Shown: positions 38,688 to 48,967, numbered from the stretch's first letter. The stretch is DNA of 64,000 bases from an uncultured Eubacterium sp. (GCA_947385875.1 CANDMV010000004.1:441-64440), one strand, 5' to 3'. The notes: a model not told the origin generated them from the sequence alone. Numbers and translations are program-made.

Positions 38688-40595
38688 ATGAGAAACATGA
38701 CAGAACTGGATATGTATTTATTCGGTCAAAGTACACATTACGACATCTATAAGAAGATGGGATCACATCCGATGACAGTGGATAAAAAAGAGGGTACAGT
38801 CTTTGATGTATGGGCTCCTCATGCGGAAAAGGTATGGGTAATTGGATCCTTCAATGACTGGGACGAGACGAGCCATGAGATGGAGCGTTTAGAGCCTGAA
38901 GAAATGGGAATCTATGAGCTGTTTATTCCGGGTGTAAAGAGCGGGGATATGTATAAATATCTGATCGAGACGCCGGATGGAAAGCGTCTTTACAAAGCGG
39001 ATCCATATGCAAACTATTCAGAATTAAGACCGGGTACTGCATCGATTGTTACAGATGTTTCCCATTTGAAATGGACAGATAAGGCGTGGATGGATGAACG
39101 CGCGCAGTCGGATCCATTTGAAAAGCCGATGGCAATCTATGAAGTGCATCCAGGCTCATGGAAGCGTCATCCTGGCAGAGAAGATGAAGGCTTTTATACA
39201 TACCGTGAGTTTGCGAAAGCGCTTACTGAGTATGTGAAAGAGATGGGATATACTCATGTAGAGCTGATGGGCATTTCGGAGCATCCATTTGAAGGATCAT
39301 GGGGATATCAGGTAACAGGGTATTATGCACCTACTTCCAGATATGGAACGCCAGAGGATTTTGCGTATTTAATTAATTATCTGCACCGCAATAAAATCGG
39401 TGTCATTTTAGACTGGGTGCCGGCACATTTCCCAAGGGATGCGCACGGACTGGCTGATTTTGACGGCTGTCCATTGTATGAGTATCCGGATCCTAGAATG
39501 GGAGAACACCCGGACTGGGGTACGAAGATCTTTAATTATGGCATGAGTGAAGTGAAAAACTTCTTAATCGGCAGTGCTCTGATGTGGATTGAGCATTTCC
39601 ATGTAGACGGACTGCGTGTGGATGCAGTAGCATCCATGCTGTATCTGGATTATGGCAAAAATGACGGACAGTGGGTAGCAAATAAATACGGTGAAAATAA
39701 GAATCTGGAAGCTATCGAATTCTTCAAGCATATTAATACATCATTAATTGGAAGAAATCCAGGTGCGATCATGATTGCAGAAGAATCTACTGCATGGCCG
39801 CATGTAACAGGCAAGGCAGAAGAGGATGGACTGAATTTTACATTTAAGTGGAATATGGGCTGGATGCATGACTTCCTGACCTATATGAAGCAGGATCCAT
39901 ATTTCAGAAAAGGATGTCATAATAATCTGACATTTGCCATGAGCTATAATGAAGCTGAAAAATACATCCTAGTACTTTCGCATGATGAAGTAGTTCATTT
40001 AAAATGTTCCATGATTAATAAGATGCCAGGTGAGGGCAGGGACAAATTCCGCAATCTTATGGTCGGATATGCTTTTTATATGGCACATCCGGGCAAGAAG
40101 CTGCTGTTCATGGGTCAGGATTTTGCGCAGATGAGAGAGTGGAGTGAAGAGCGTGAATTAGACTGGTTTGTACTGGCAGAAGAGCCTCACAGACAGATTC
40201 AGGAATTCTTTAAAGAGCTGCTTCATATATATCGCAAATATCCTTCTATGTATGAGCTGGATCATTCATGGCAGGGATTTGAATGGATTAATGCAAATGA
40301 CGCTTCACGCAGCATATTCAGTTTTGTACGTAAGAGCAAAAATGGAAAGCATTGTCTGCTCTTTATCTGCAACTTTACACCGGTAGAGAGAGACGATTAT
40401 CGTGTAGGTGCACCTACAAAAGGCACTTACAGATTGATTTTGAACAGTGATGATGAACGCTTCGGCGGTTCTGGCAGACAGCGCCCGACAAGATATAAGA
40501 CAGTCAAGGCAGAATGTGATGGAAGAGATTATTCCTTTGCTTATCCGCTTCCTGCTTATGGTGTGGCTGTGTTTGAATATAGTTATAGAGCATAA
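38688..40595 (+). CDS. glgB: 1,4-alpha-glucan branching enzyme
   Basis: WAPHA, IYEVHPGSW, SWGYQ, DWVPAHFP, DGLRVDAVASM, AEESTAW, LSHDEVVH. Confidence 0.97.
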   Translation: MRNMTELDMYLFGQSTHYDIYKKMGSHPMTVDKKEGTVFDVWAPHAEKVWVIGSFNDWDETSHEMERLEPEEMGIYELFIPGVKSGDMYKYLIETPDGKRLYKADPYANYSELRPGTASIVTDVSHLKWTDKAWMDERAQSDPFEKPMAIYEVHPGSWKRHPGREDEGFYTYREFAKALTEYVKEMGYTHVELMGISEHPFEGSWGYQVTGYYAPTSRYGTPEDFAYLINYLHRNKIGVILDWVPAHFPRDAHGLADFDGCPLYEYPDPRMGEHPDWGTKIFNYGMSEVKNFLIGSALMWIEHFHVDGLRVDAVASMLYLDYGKNDGQWVANKYGENKNLEAIEFFKHINTSLIGRNPGAIMIAEESTAWPHVTGKAEEDGLNFTFKWNMGWMHDFLTYMKQDPYFRKGCHNNLTFAMSYNEAEKYILVLSHDEVVHLKCSMINKMPGEGRDKFRNLMVGYAFYMAHPGKKLLFMGQDFAQMREWSEERELDWFVLAEEPHRQIQEFFKELLHIYRKYPSMYELDHSWQGFEWINANDASRSIFSFVRKSKNGKHCLLFICNFTPVERDDYRVGAPTKGTYRLILNSDDERFGGSGRQRPTRYKTVKAECDGRDYSFAYPLPAYGVAVFEYSYRA

Positions 40596-40632
40596 TCAGC
40601 GTTGGTAATTTGCGTCTGATTAAAAATATGGG

Positions 40633-40664
40633 AACCCTCAGAGATGTATTTTTCTGAGGGTTTT
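40633..40664 (+). terminator. Terminator after glgB
   Basis: AACCCTCAGA/TCTGAGGGTT stem followed by TT. Confidence 0.75.
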
Positions 40665-40940
40665 ACAATGAAGTAAATTAATATCGCCTTGCATCGTTAC
40701 TTTTTACATCGCAAAATATAAAATATTTATCAAAAATCACTAATTTGTTATATAGAAAAAGAGAATTCAAATTGTTTACAGTTTGTTTATAAAATGTTAC
40801 AATGAATACAAGCCGTGAATACCGGTAATGATGATGAAGCTTTTGGTGATATTAAAGTTCCAGTCCGCATCAATGTTATTAACGAAAGACTTTCTTAATC
40901 AAATGTAGAATCATTTGGGAAATTCAAAGGAGGGAAAAAT

Positions 40941-41642
40941 ATGCTGCACATAGCCGTTGTAGAAGATGAACTGGAATGCAGCAGCATGATCCAAGAAATG
41001 CTGCACCAGTATGAGCTTGAATATCAAATTCAGATGAAAATAACTGTATTTTCTGATGGCAGCGAGCTTATGATTCAGTATAAAAATAACTTTGATATTC
41101 TTCTGTTGGACATAGAGATGCCTCAGCTGAACGGCATGGAGGCAGCGGAGCAGATTCGAAAAATGGATGAAGATGTCGTAATTGTATTTATTACAAATAT
41201 GGGTCAGTATGCGATTAAGGGATATGAAGTAGAAGCTTTGGATTTTATTGTAAAGCCTCTCAATTATTATACATTTTCTATGCGTTTTACCCGAGCAGTA
41301 GGCAGGGTAAAGAAAAAAGAGGAAAAATATATCTGTCTTACTTTGACGGATGGTCTAAAAAGACTGGATATTAATCAGATTTATTATGTAGAAATACAAA
41401 ATCGTATGCTGCATTATCATACAAAGGAAGGTGAATTTATTGTAAGAGGAACATTGAAAAATGTTCAGGAGCAGTTGGGGACGAGTAATTTTGTAAAATG
41501 TAATCATTGGTATCTGGTCAATCTTCAGTATGTGTCAGAGATTAAAAAAAATATTGTAGTAGTAGCAGGGGAAGAATTAGAAATCAGCCGGAGAAACAGA
41601 ACAGCTTTTTTATCAGCGATGACTGATTATATGGGGCAATGA
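40941..41642 (+). CDS. LytTR family response regulator
   Basis: AVVED, LLDIEMP, FIVKP receiver motifs; LytTR domain IYYVE...FVKCNHWYLVN...ISRR. Confidence 0.96.
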   Translation: MLHIAVVEDELECSSMIQEMLHQYELEYQIQMKITVFSDGSELMIQYKNNFDILLLDIEMPQLNGMEAAEQIRKMDEDVVIVFITNMGQYAIKGYEVEALDFIVKPLNYYTFSMRFTRAVGRVKKKEEKYICLTLTDGLKRLDINQIYYVEIQNRMLHYHTKEGEFIVRGTLKNVQEQLGTSNFVKCNHWYLVNLQYVSEIKKNIVVVAGEELEISRRNRTAFLSAMTDYMGQ

Positions 41643-41696
41643 TGCTGATATGTGATCTGTTATGCGAAATAAAAGGATGTGTATGCAGACTGCTAT

Positions 41697-41901
41697 AAAG
41701 CAGCTGTGTAACAGTGAAATTGTGGAGTGTAAAGCGTCTGTGTAATCGTTAAGTTAAATGAAAGCTGCAGTAATGGGGTGTGTATCAAAGCAGCTGTGTA
41801 ATAGTAAGTTAAATGTAGAGCTGCTGTGTAATAGTAAGTTAAATGCAGGGGGACACTGTGTAATAGTTAAGATATGAGAATGTAAAGCAGCTGTGTAATA
41901 G
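41697..41901. repeat. Irregular array of about 7 copies of AAAGCAGCTGTGTAATAG
   Basis: Core CTGTGTAA at 41704, 41738, 41794, 41824, 41856 and 41891, plus CTGCAGTAA at 41765; spacing 27-35 bp. Confidence 0.9.
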
Positions 41902-41955
41902 AGAGAAGGTCTGATATACTGCTGTAGTGCATGTTTGTTTTATAGGAGATCGTGC

Positions 41956-43254
41956 ATGGATGGAAATTTTGAATATGCATTTCCGTATATTATTAATGGA
42001 GTAAATCTATGGCTGACCTGTCTGGTATTTATGATCCCGCTGAAATGGCGTAATAAGTATATGGTTCGCTTGGTTTTGACAGAGGTTGGCGTGATAGTAA
42101 TGACTATATTCATGCTGAGAATTGTGAATCGCATATGGCCGGGACATCGGCTTGTCTGGATAGAGGTTTATATGATTACGTCTTACTTCTGCAGCGTTCT
42201 TGCCATTATGATTTGTATGGAAGTAAAAGGATTTGAGGCATGGTACTGTGGGATCTGGATTGGCGTGACTTATATGTTTACTCAGGAATTGAGCAGGATA
42301 GCGATCTATATGCTGCCGGATTCAATATCAAAAAGAACGAAAGATGTGATATGGCTGTTGATATTTGCCGCATGTATTATAGCTGTAGGATTTACGATTG
42401 CCAGGTGGATGCCGGAAAAAAGACACTATGTGGTTGGGCCGAGGCAGATGATTTCAGCATGGGTCTTAGGATTCATGTTTAATACTCTTTGCATGTTTAT
42501 ATCGAATGGTGAAGGAAATGTGATAATTAATTTGATGATGCAGTTTTACTGTATTACTTTATTGTATCTGCAGAATGTGCTTTTTAAAAAGAGCAGTATA
42601 AGTAAAGAGCTTGACACAATTCAGATGTTATGGCATCAGCAGAAGGAACAGTACCAGATTTCAAAAGAGACGATCGAAATCATTAATCACAAGTGTCATG
42701 ATTTGAAGCATCAAGTGCGTGCGATGAGTACAATGAAGGATAGCTCTGGGAAGGAAAAGTATTTGACAGAAATCGAAAACTCTGTCCAGATTTACAACGC
42801 GATTATTCATACTGGAAATGATATTTTGGATGTAATACTTACAGAAAAAAGCTTATTATGTGAAAACAGCGGGATACATATTAATTGCGTGGCGGATGGA
42901 AAACTGCTTTCCTTTATGGATTCTGTTGATTTGTATGCTTTATTTGGCAATGCAATCGATAATGCGATTGAAGCTGTCAGGGATTTGGAGCAGAAGGATG
43001 CCCGATTAATTGACCTGATGATTTATGAAAAGCAGAACTTTTTGATTGTACAGGTAGTTAATCCTATATTGAATCAGATAGAATTTGAGGATGGACTGCC
43101 AAAAACGACAAAAGTAAAAAATGGTTATCATGGGTATGGGATAAAAAGTATGCGGCATACGATTCAAAGATATGGTGGATATCTTACGGCTGAGGTTAAA
43201 AACGGCTGCTTTTATTTAAAAATGATGGCACCGCTTCAAAAAACGGCTGAATAG
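41956..43254 (+). CDS. Membrane GHKL sensor histidine kinase (AgrC/VirS-like, HATPase_c_5)
   Basis: Multiple TMs, KCHDLKH H-box, FGNAIDNAIEA N-box, HGYGIKS; AGGAG RBS before 41956. Confidence 0.93.
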   Translation: MDGNFEYAFPYIINGVNLWLTCLVFMIPLKWRNKYMVRLVLTEVGVIVMTIFMLRIVNRIWPGHRLVWIEVYMITSYFCSVLAIMICMEVKGFEAWYCGIWIGVTYMFTQELSRIAIYMLPDSISKRTKDVIWLLIFAACIIAVGFTIARWMPEKRHYVVGPRQMISAWVLGFMFNTLCMFISNGEGNVIINLMMQFYCITLLYLQNVLFKKSSISKELDTIQMLWHQQKEQYQISKETIEIINHKCHDLKHQVRAMSTMKDSSGKEKYLTEIENSVQIYNAIIHTGNDILDVILTEKSLLCENSGIHINCVADGKLLSFMDSVDLYALFGNAIDNAIEAVRDLEQKDARLIDLMIYEKQNFLIVQVVNPILNQIEFEDGLPKTTKVKNGYHGYGIKSMRHTIQRYGGYLTAEVKNGCFYLKMMAPLQKTAE

Positions 43255-43368
43255 AGTAAAAAGCTGAATAAGGTACATTCAGGCAGAATTGATTTGTTTA
43301 AAGATGAAGTTAGTTTACCTTAAAATAACATTTGTTTCAAAAAATTAAATAAAGTATAAACAGAAAGA

Positions 43369-43405
43369 AACAGGGAAAACTTGACAAAGTAATCCCTGTT
43401 TTTTT
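43369..43405 (+). terminator. Terminator after the two-component system
   Basis: AACAGGGA/TCCCTGTT stem followed by a T-run. Confidence 0.7.
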
Positions 43406-43564
43406 GGTTATTTCTACCACTTAGGAAAGAATAAAAACCAGTTAGGTATATCCAGTTGAATCTGGCGGAAATTGCCAATATAATAAACAAAAATAAGAAA
43501 AAAATCAAAAATATATACAATTATAACAGTGAAAATGGAGAGGTGGTTATGTGAAGTGTTGAGG

Positions 43565-45487
43565 ATGAAACAAAAATTAAGTCAGGGATGGTTTTTTACC
43601 GGTTCTGACGGCAGAGAAATCAGTGTAAATCTGCCTCATACATGGAATGCACTAGATGGTCAGGATGGAGGAAATGATTATTATAGAGGAACGTGCAGCT
43701 ATCGTACTTCATTTTCAAAACCATCCTTTGACAGCGGAAATCAGAGGGTTTATTTAGAATTTCAGGGAGTAAATGCATCAGCAGAAGTACAGCTGAATGG
43801 TAATAAAGTAATGGAGCATGATAATGGTTATTCTACATTTCGCGCAGACATTACAGATTTTCTCGAGGAGGAAAATAATCTGGTAGTACTGGCTGATAAC
43901 AGTGTGAACCAGAAAATCTATCCACAAAAAGCAGATTTTACTTTTTATGGCGGTATTTACCGGGATGTCCTGCTTCGCATTGTACCGAAGGAGCATTTTG
44001 AGCTAGATTATTTTGGAGGGGAAGGAATCAAAATAACTCCAAAAGTAGAGGGAAGAGACGGAAAAATACAGGTAGAATGTTTTCATAAAACGGAAGGAGC
44101 TAACGTACATGTATCTCTGCTGGACGCAGAGGGCGCTTGTGTAGCACAAGGAGACGGAGATAATATTACGCTTACAATCGAAAATGTTCATCTGTGGAAT
44201 GGCATCGATGACCCATATTTGTATAAAGCTGCTGCGGTTCTTGTAAAAGATGATGTGACGCTGGATGAGGTGAAGACACATTTTGGAGTACGGTCATTTC
44301 ATGTAGATCCTAAGAAAGGATTTTTCTTAAATGGACGGTCTTATCCGCTGCATGGTGTATCAAGGCATCAGGATCGAAAAGGAATCGGAAATGCGCTGAC
44401 AAAAGAGCATCATATCGAAGACATGAAATTGATGCGTGAAATGGGCGTCAACACGGTACGTCTGGCTCATTATCAGCACGATCAGTTTTTCTATGATCTA
44501 TGTGACAAGTATGGAATGGTTGTATGGGCTGAGATTCCTTATATCTCCGAGCATATGCCGAGCGGGCGTGATAATACGATGCATCAGATGAAGGAACTGA
44601 TTATTCAGAATTATAATCATCCCTGCATTGTAACTTGGGGAGTTTCAAATGAAATTACGATTTCTACAAAAGATACAAAAGACATGCTGCACAACCACTA
44701 TGAATTAAACGATCTGTGTCATAAGCTTGATCCTGCGAGAGTGACGACGCTTGCTTGTTATGCGATGTGCAACCCATTTAGTAAAGTAGTGCATATTACA
44801 GATATTGTAAGCTATAACCTATATTTGGGATGGTATGTGCCGGGATTGTTTTTAAATGATGTATTTTTCCGGCTGTTCCATATGAGATACCCGGATCGAT
44901 GTATTGGATATTCAGAGTATGGAGCTGAGGGAATGCCGAATCTTCATAGTGAAAATCCGCATAGGGGCGATCATACGGAAGAGTATCAGGCTATTTATCA
45001 TGAATACATGCTGAAATGCTTTCAAAGGTATCCATTTATCTGGGCAACGCATGTGTGGAATATGTTTGATTTTGCGGCAGATGCCAGAGACCAGGGCGGA
45101 GAGCCGGGGATGAATCATAAAGGTCTGATTACATTTGACAGGAAGATAAAAAAAGACAGCTTTTATTTATATCAGGCGTATTGGACGGATAAGCCGATGG
45201 TGCATATATGCAGCAAACGTTTTGTAGAGCACGGTACTGACCAGATTACAGTGAAAGTGTATTCGAACCAGCATCAGGTTGCATTATACCGGAATGGAAA
45301 GCTGCAGGAGAAAAAGAGCGGTAATAAGGTGTTTAAGTTTAAGGTAAGGCTGGATTTGAATGAAGATACGAAGATCGGGGTCAAAGCGTCAGGAGGAGTT
45401 TCAGATCAAGCAGTATTTAAATATCTGGAGAATCCTGAGCGCTATCAGTTGGAAAAGAAACGGTCGAAAAGCGCTAACTGGGTATAG
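43565..45487 (+). CDS. Glycoside hydrolase family 2 (beta-galactosidase-like)
   Basis: LPHTWN, FYGGIYRDV, GVSRHQD, RLAHYQH, WGVSNE (acid/base), SEYGAE (nucleophile), NHKGL. Confidence 0.95.
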   Translation: MKQKLSQGWFFTGSDGREISVNLPHTWNALDGQDGGNDYYRGTCSYRTSFSKPSFDSGNQRVYLEFQGVNASAEVQLNGNKVMEHDNGYSTFRADITDFLEEENNLVVLADNSVNQKIYPQKADFTFYGGIYRDVLLRIVPKEHFELDYFGGEGIKITPKVEGRDGKIQVECFHKTEGANVHVSLLDAEGACVAQGDGDNITLTIENVHLWNGIDDPYLYKAAAVLVKDDVTLDEVKTHFGVRSFHVDPKKGFFLNGRSYPLHGVSRHQDRKGIGNALTKEHHIEDMKLMREMGVNTVRLAHYQHDQFFYDLCDKYGMVVWAEIPYISEHMPSGRDNTMHQMKELIIQNYNHPCIVTWGVSNEITISTKDTKDMLHNHYELNDLCHKLDPARVTTLACYAMCNPFSKVVHITDIVSYNLYLGWYVPGLFLNDVFFRLFHMRYPDRCIGYSEYGAEGMPNLHSENPHRGDHTEEYQAIYHEYMLKCFQRYPFIWATHVWNMFDFAADARDQGGEPGMNHKGLITFDRKIKKDSFYLYQAYWTDKPMVHICSKRFVEHGTDQITVKVYSNQHQVALYRNGKLQEKKSGNKVFKFKVRLDLNEDTKIGVKASGGVSDQAVFKYLENPERYQLEKKRSKSANWV

Positions 45488-45489
45488 GT

Positions 45490-45981
45490 GTGGTATATAT
45501 CAAGCACTATGCATTTAATGACAGTGAGACAGGATGCCGCTGTATCTCTACATTTCTTAATAAGCAGGCAGCACACGAAGTATATTTAAAACCGTTTGAG
45601 ATAGCTGTAGTAGAAGGCGGTGCAAAATGTGTCATGAATGTATTTGCACGTGTAGGTACTACATGGTCAGGAGCGCATAAAGGGCTTATGACTGAAATAC
45701 TTCGTAATGAGTGGGGATTGGATGGCTTTGTACTGACTGACTTTTCTGGAAACTCTGTGTTTGCGGCATATGGAATTATGTTAAGAAGCTTTGATGTCGC
45801 TCATGGTGTCCTTGCAGGTACGAATGGATGGGACAGCTCTGCTGAGCAGTGGACAGACGATTTGATGACGAAGTATAAGGATGATTCGGCAATCGCACAT
45901 GCTTTGAGAGAATCAAGCCATAGAGTATTGTATACGGTAGCGAATAGTCATGCAATGAATGGACTTTCCTCCAGTGCATAA
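45490..45981 (+). pseudogene. Fragment of a GH3 beta-glucosidase (C-terminal part of the catalytic barrel only)
   Basis: YIKHYAFNDSET, YLKPFEIAV, ILRNEWGLDGFVLTD nucleophile motif; only 163 aa and no RBS. Confidence 0.8.
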
Positions 45982-46000
45982 AAGAAAGGGGATGAGTGTT

Positions 46001-47551
46001 ATGAACGAAAAAAATGGGGCAAATACATCTGTAAACCGTGCTAAAACGTACCAGTTGGTTTTATTTCCTATGAATAATGGAGCAACGAATGTTTATTATA
46101 TTCTGACAATGAACTTTATTGCTTATTATGCAAACGGAGTACTTGGGCTGTTTTTAATGTTTGCGACAACCATGGTTACGGTAATGCGACTGTTTGACGC
46201 TGTAACAGATCCAATCATAGGGGCCCTGATTGACCGGACATCGACAAAGTTTGGTAAGTTCAGGCCATATATGGTGCTGGGAAATGTGATTATGATTATA
46301 TCATCGATACTGCTGTATTTTGGAACCAGACTGATTTCATCTGACATGGAATGGCTGAAATATGTCTGCTTTGTATTATTTTACGCATTATATGTAATCG
46401 GATATACATTTCAGACAGCTTGTACAAGGTCTGGTCAGACATGTCTTACGAATGATCCAAAGCAGCGTCCGCTGTTTACAGTATTTAATACAGTAGCGAG
46501 TTTGATTGGAATGGGGATGGTTCAGTTTTTAGCGCCTGTGATCGGTGAGAGGATGGGCGGATATAACAGTGAATCGTTTTTTAATTTTATGATACCTCTG
46601 GCAATCGTGGTATCTGCTGTCCTGACCCTTCTGGCAGTCATCGGCATAGCAGAAAAGGATCGGCCGGAATTCTTTGGCGTAGGAGGTACACAGAAAAAAG
46701 TCGAGTTAAAAGAATATGTTGCTATATTAAAGGCGAATAAAGAACTGCAGCGTCTGATGGTAGCAGGAGCGGGATGTAAGCTGGCATTTTCCATTGCTAC
46801 GAATATGACAGTTTTATGTATGCTGTATGGAGCTATGATGGGCAATTATGGAGGACTATATCTTCCGATGATGATTGTGGGATACGTATTTTCCGCGCCA
46901 TTTTTCCTGCTGACAGTCCGTACTTCACAAAAGCATGGGCAAAAAGCTTCTTTAGTTCGGTATACGAAGATTGCGTTAATTATGTATGTAGGAGTATTAA
47001 TACTTTTACTGCTCTGGAAACAGGGAAATACAACATTTTTGCTGAGCCTGTCTTCGATTAATATCTATACAGTGCTGTTTATACTCTGCTTTGGAATTGG
47101 ATATGGCGCTTATTATGCGACGGCGGATATGCCGATTCCAATGGTAGCGGATTGCTCCGATTACGAGACTTATCGTTCGGGACGTTATATACCGGGAATT
47201 ATGGGAACACTGTTTTCACTTGTGGATAAGCTGGTGAGTTCTTTAGGTTCTACGATTGTAGGCGCAGCAGTGGCAATGATTGGAATCAGCACTCTGCCGG
47301 ATGGAAATACACCTTATTCAGATGGAATGCATATGGTAGTTGTTGTATTGTTCTGCGTCATCCCGATGCTGGCATGGGTGGCTACTTTGATTGCAATGAA
47401 AGGATATTCTCTGACTGGTGAAAGGATGAAAGAGATTCAGGCAGTAAATTCTGCGCGTAAGGATGCGATTGGTAAAGGGATGAGTCTGGAAGAAGCTATG
47501 AATAGATGGCAGAAGTACGATCAGGTGCCAGATCGTTTCAAGGAATCATAA
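46001..47551 (+). CDS. MFS sugar transporter (GPH/MelB-like)
   Basis: FDAVTDPIIGALIDRTSTKFGKFRPY; ADCSDYETYRSGR. Confidence 0.93.
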   Translation: MNEKNGANTSVNRAKTYQLVLFPMNNGATNVYYILTMNFIAYYANGVLGLFLMFATTMVTVMRLFDAVTDPIIGALIDRTSTKFGKFRPYMVLGNVIMIISSILLYFGTRLISSDMEWLKYVCFVLFYALYVIGYTFQTACTRSGQTCLTNDPKQRPLFTVFNTVASLIGMGMVQFLAPVIGERMGGYNSESFFNFMIPLAIVVSAVLTLLAVIGIAEKDRPEFFGVGGTQKKVELKEYVAILKANKELQRLMVAGAGCKLAFSIATNMTVLCMLYGAMMGNYGGLYLPMMIVGYVFSAPFFLLTVRTSQKHGQKASLVRYTKIALIMYVGVLILLLLWKQGNTTFLLSLSSINIYTVLFILCFGIGYGAYYATADMPIPMVADCSDYETYRSGRYIPGIMGTLFSLVDKLVSSLGSTIVGAAVAMIGISTLPDGNTPYSDGMHMVVVVLFCVIPMLAWVATLIAMKGYSLTGERMKEIQAVNSARKDAIGKGMSLEEAMNRWQKYDQVPDRFKES

Positions 47552-47556
47552 ATGGT

Positions 47557-47606
47557 AACTGCTATGAAATAATCTGTGTAAACTAATTATTTTATAGCAG
47601 TTTTTT
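47557..47606 (+). terminator. Intrinsic terminator
   Basis: AACTGCTATGAAATAAT/ATTATTTTATAGCAGTT stem followed by a T-run. Confidence 0.8.
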
Positions 47607-47641
47607 ATTTTATACTGCTGAAAACACTGCCTTCATGTATT

Positions 47642-47670
47642 TCATATTATCCTTAACTTCTGCATAAGAT
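47642..47670 (+). promoter_or_regulatory. sigma-E-type mother-cell promoter
   Basis: TCATATT-N14-CATAAGAT immediately upstream of spmB. Confidence 0.7.
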
Positions 47671-47693
47671 ATAAGAAATAAAATGAGCAGGAT

Positions 47694-48230
47694 GTGAAAA
47701 AGATGAAGCTGCTCTTATTTTTATCAAATACCATCATTCCTATCATGATATTTTATATAGTAGGAACAGGTTTGATTCAAAAGCAGAATATCTATGAACA
47801 GTTTATACAAGGCGCTGAAGATGGATTTAAGACTGTAATAAAAATAATGCCGACACTGGTGGGGCTTATGGTGGCAGTGGGAATTTTACGGGCATCCGGC
47901 CTTCTAGATGCAGTGTCTGGTTTGTTTGGAAGTCTGATTGGACAGAAAATTGTTCTGTCAGAGATTATTCCTGTCTTTGTAGTGCGATTGTTTTCAAATT
48001 CTGCGGCTACGGGTTTAGTGCTGGACATATTTAAAAAGTATGGGACGGATTCTATGATTGGGACGATTGCTTCGATTATGATGAGTTCTACGGAGACAGT
48101 ATTTTATACAATGTCTATTTATTTTATGTCTGTAAAGATTAAAAAGACGCGCTGGACACTTGCAGGAGCTATGGCGGCAACTGTGGCAGGGGCAGCGGCT
48201 AGTGTTGTGATTGCTCATTATATAGTATAA
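47694..48230 (+). CDS. spmB: Spore maturation protein B
   Basis: FIQGAEDG, PTLVGLMVAVGILRASG, SSTETVFYTMSIYF..VKIKKTRW. Confidence 0.88.
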   Translation: MKKMKLLLFLSNTIIPIMIFYIVGTGLIQKQNIYEQFIQGAEDGFKTVIKIMPTLVGLMVAVGILRASGLLDAVSGLFGSLIGQKIVLSEIIPVFVVRLFSNSAATGLVLDIFKKYGTDSMIGTIASIMMSSTETVFYTMSIYFMSVKIKKTRWTLAGAMAATVAGAAASVVIAHYIV

Positions 48231-48305
48231 ATTTTAATCATTCTTCATCGGGAGGTCTAAATCTTTATCAAAGATTTGTTTTCGGGTGTTTGCCATACAT
48301 TCTCC

Positions 48306-48611
48306 TTATCGTATTATTGGTTCAGAATATGCTTCTAGTACATCGCAGTTTTCATCAGGGTCATCAAAATCAAGCCACTGCCATGAATCAACACAGGGTA
48401 AAACACCTTGTGCGCGAGCTAACATTGCGATACCCAAATCAAGGCATCCATAATCGTTTTATCCTCCCTCGAAAACGAGCCTGTATGGATCTCTGCTTGA
48501 GTTTTTAACGCAGCCAGATCGATTAGAAAAAGCATTTTCTGCTAAGAAATGTAATTTGTTTAAAAAATCTTTTGAAATACTCTTTTTGATTTCTAAAACT
48601 GTACTATACAT
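48306..48611 (-). pseudogene. ~100-aa hypothetical protein interrupted by one in-frame TAA
   Basis: MYSTVLEIKK...FEGG*NDYGCLDLGIAML...WQWLDFDDPDENCDVL...IIR*; stop at 48461-48459, frame continues cleanly to 48306. Confidence 0.65.
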
Positions 48612-48967
48612 AAATTTACACACTTCATTTAAATTTATTTTTATGTGATGTTTTAGTATATAAAGTTTTTTGATAAATTTCAAGATAAAGTTCGAAACAA
48701 AAAAATGATCCAGACTTTCAAAGATCAGTTGATCTGTTATAAATTAAAATTCAACGCTTCTTTGGCTTGTTTAAATAGTTTGTTGATTGTTTATTTACGA
48801 TCTTAGAAGATTGTGATATGATAGATAAAACTTGATTAGCTTGTCAATGATTATTGAAGAATCATTGGCATATCGGAATAAAGAGTATAGCAATTCAGAC
48901 AAGCTGAATTGTTGCAAAACAGCTTTACATTACTAAAAATAAACTAATATAGAAAGAAGGAAATAAT

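Noticed and set aside
41697-41901. CRISPR mini-array
   Set aside because: Repeat ~18 bp and degenerate; spacers short, uneven and themselves repetitive.
43438-43457. LytTR operator (CCAGTT twice) upstream of GH2
   Set aside because: Period is 14 bp, not the ~21 bp known for LytTR direct repeats.
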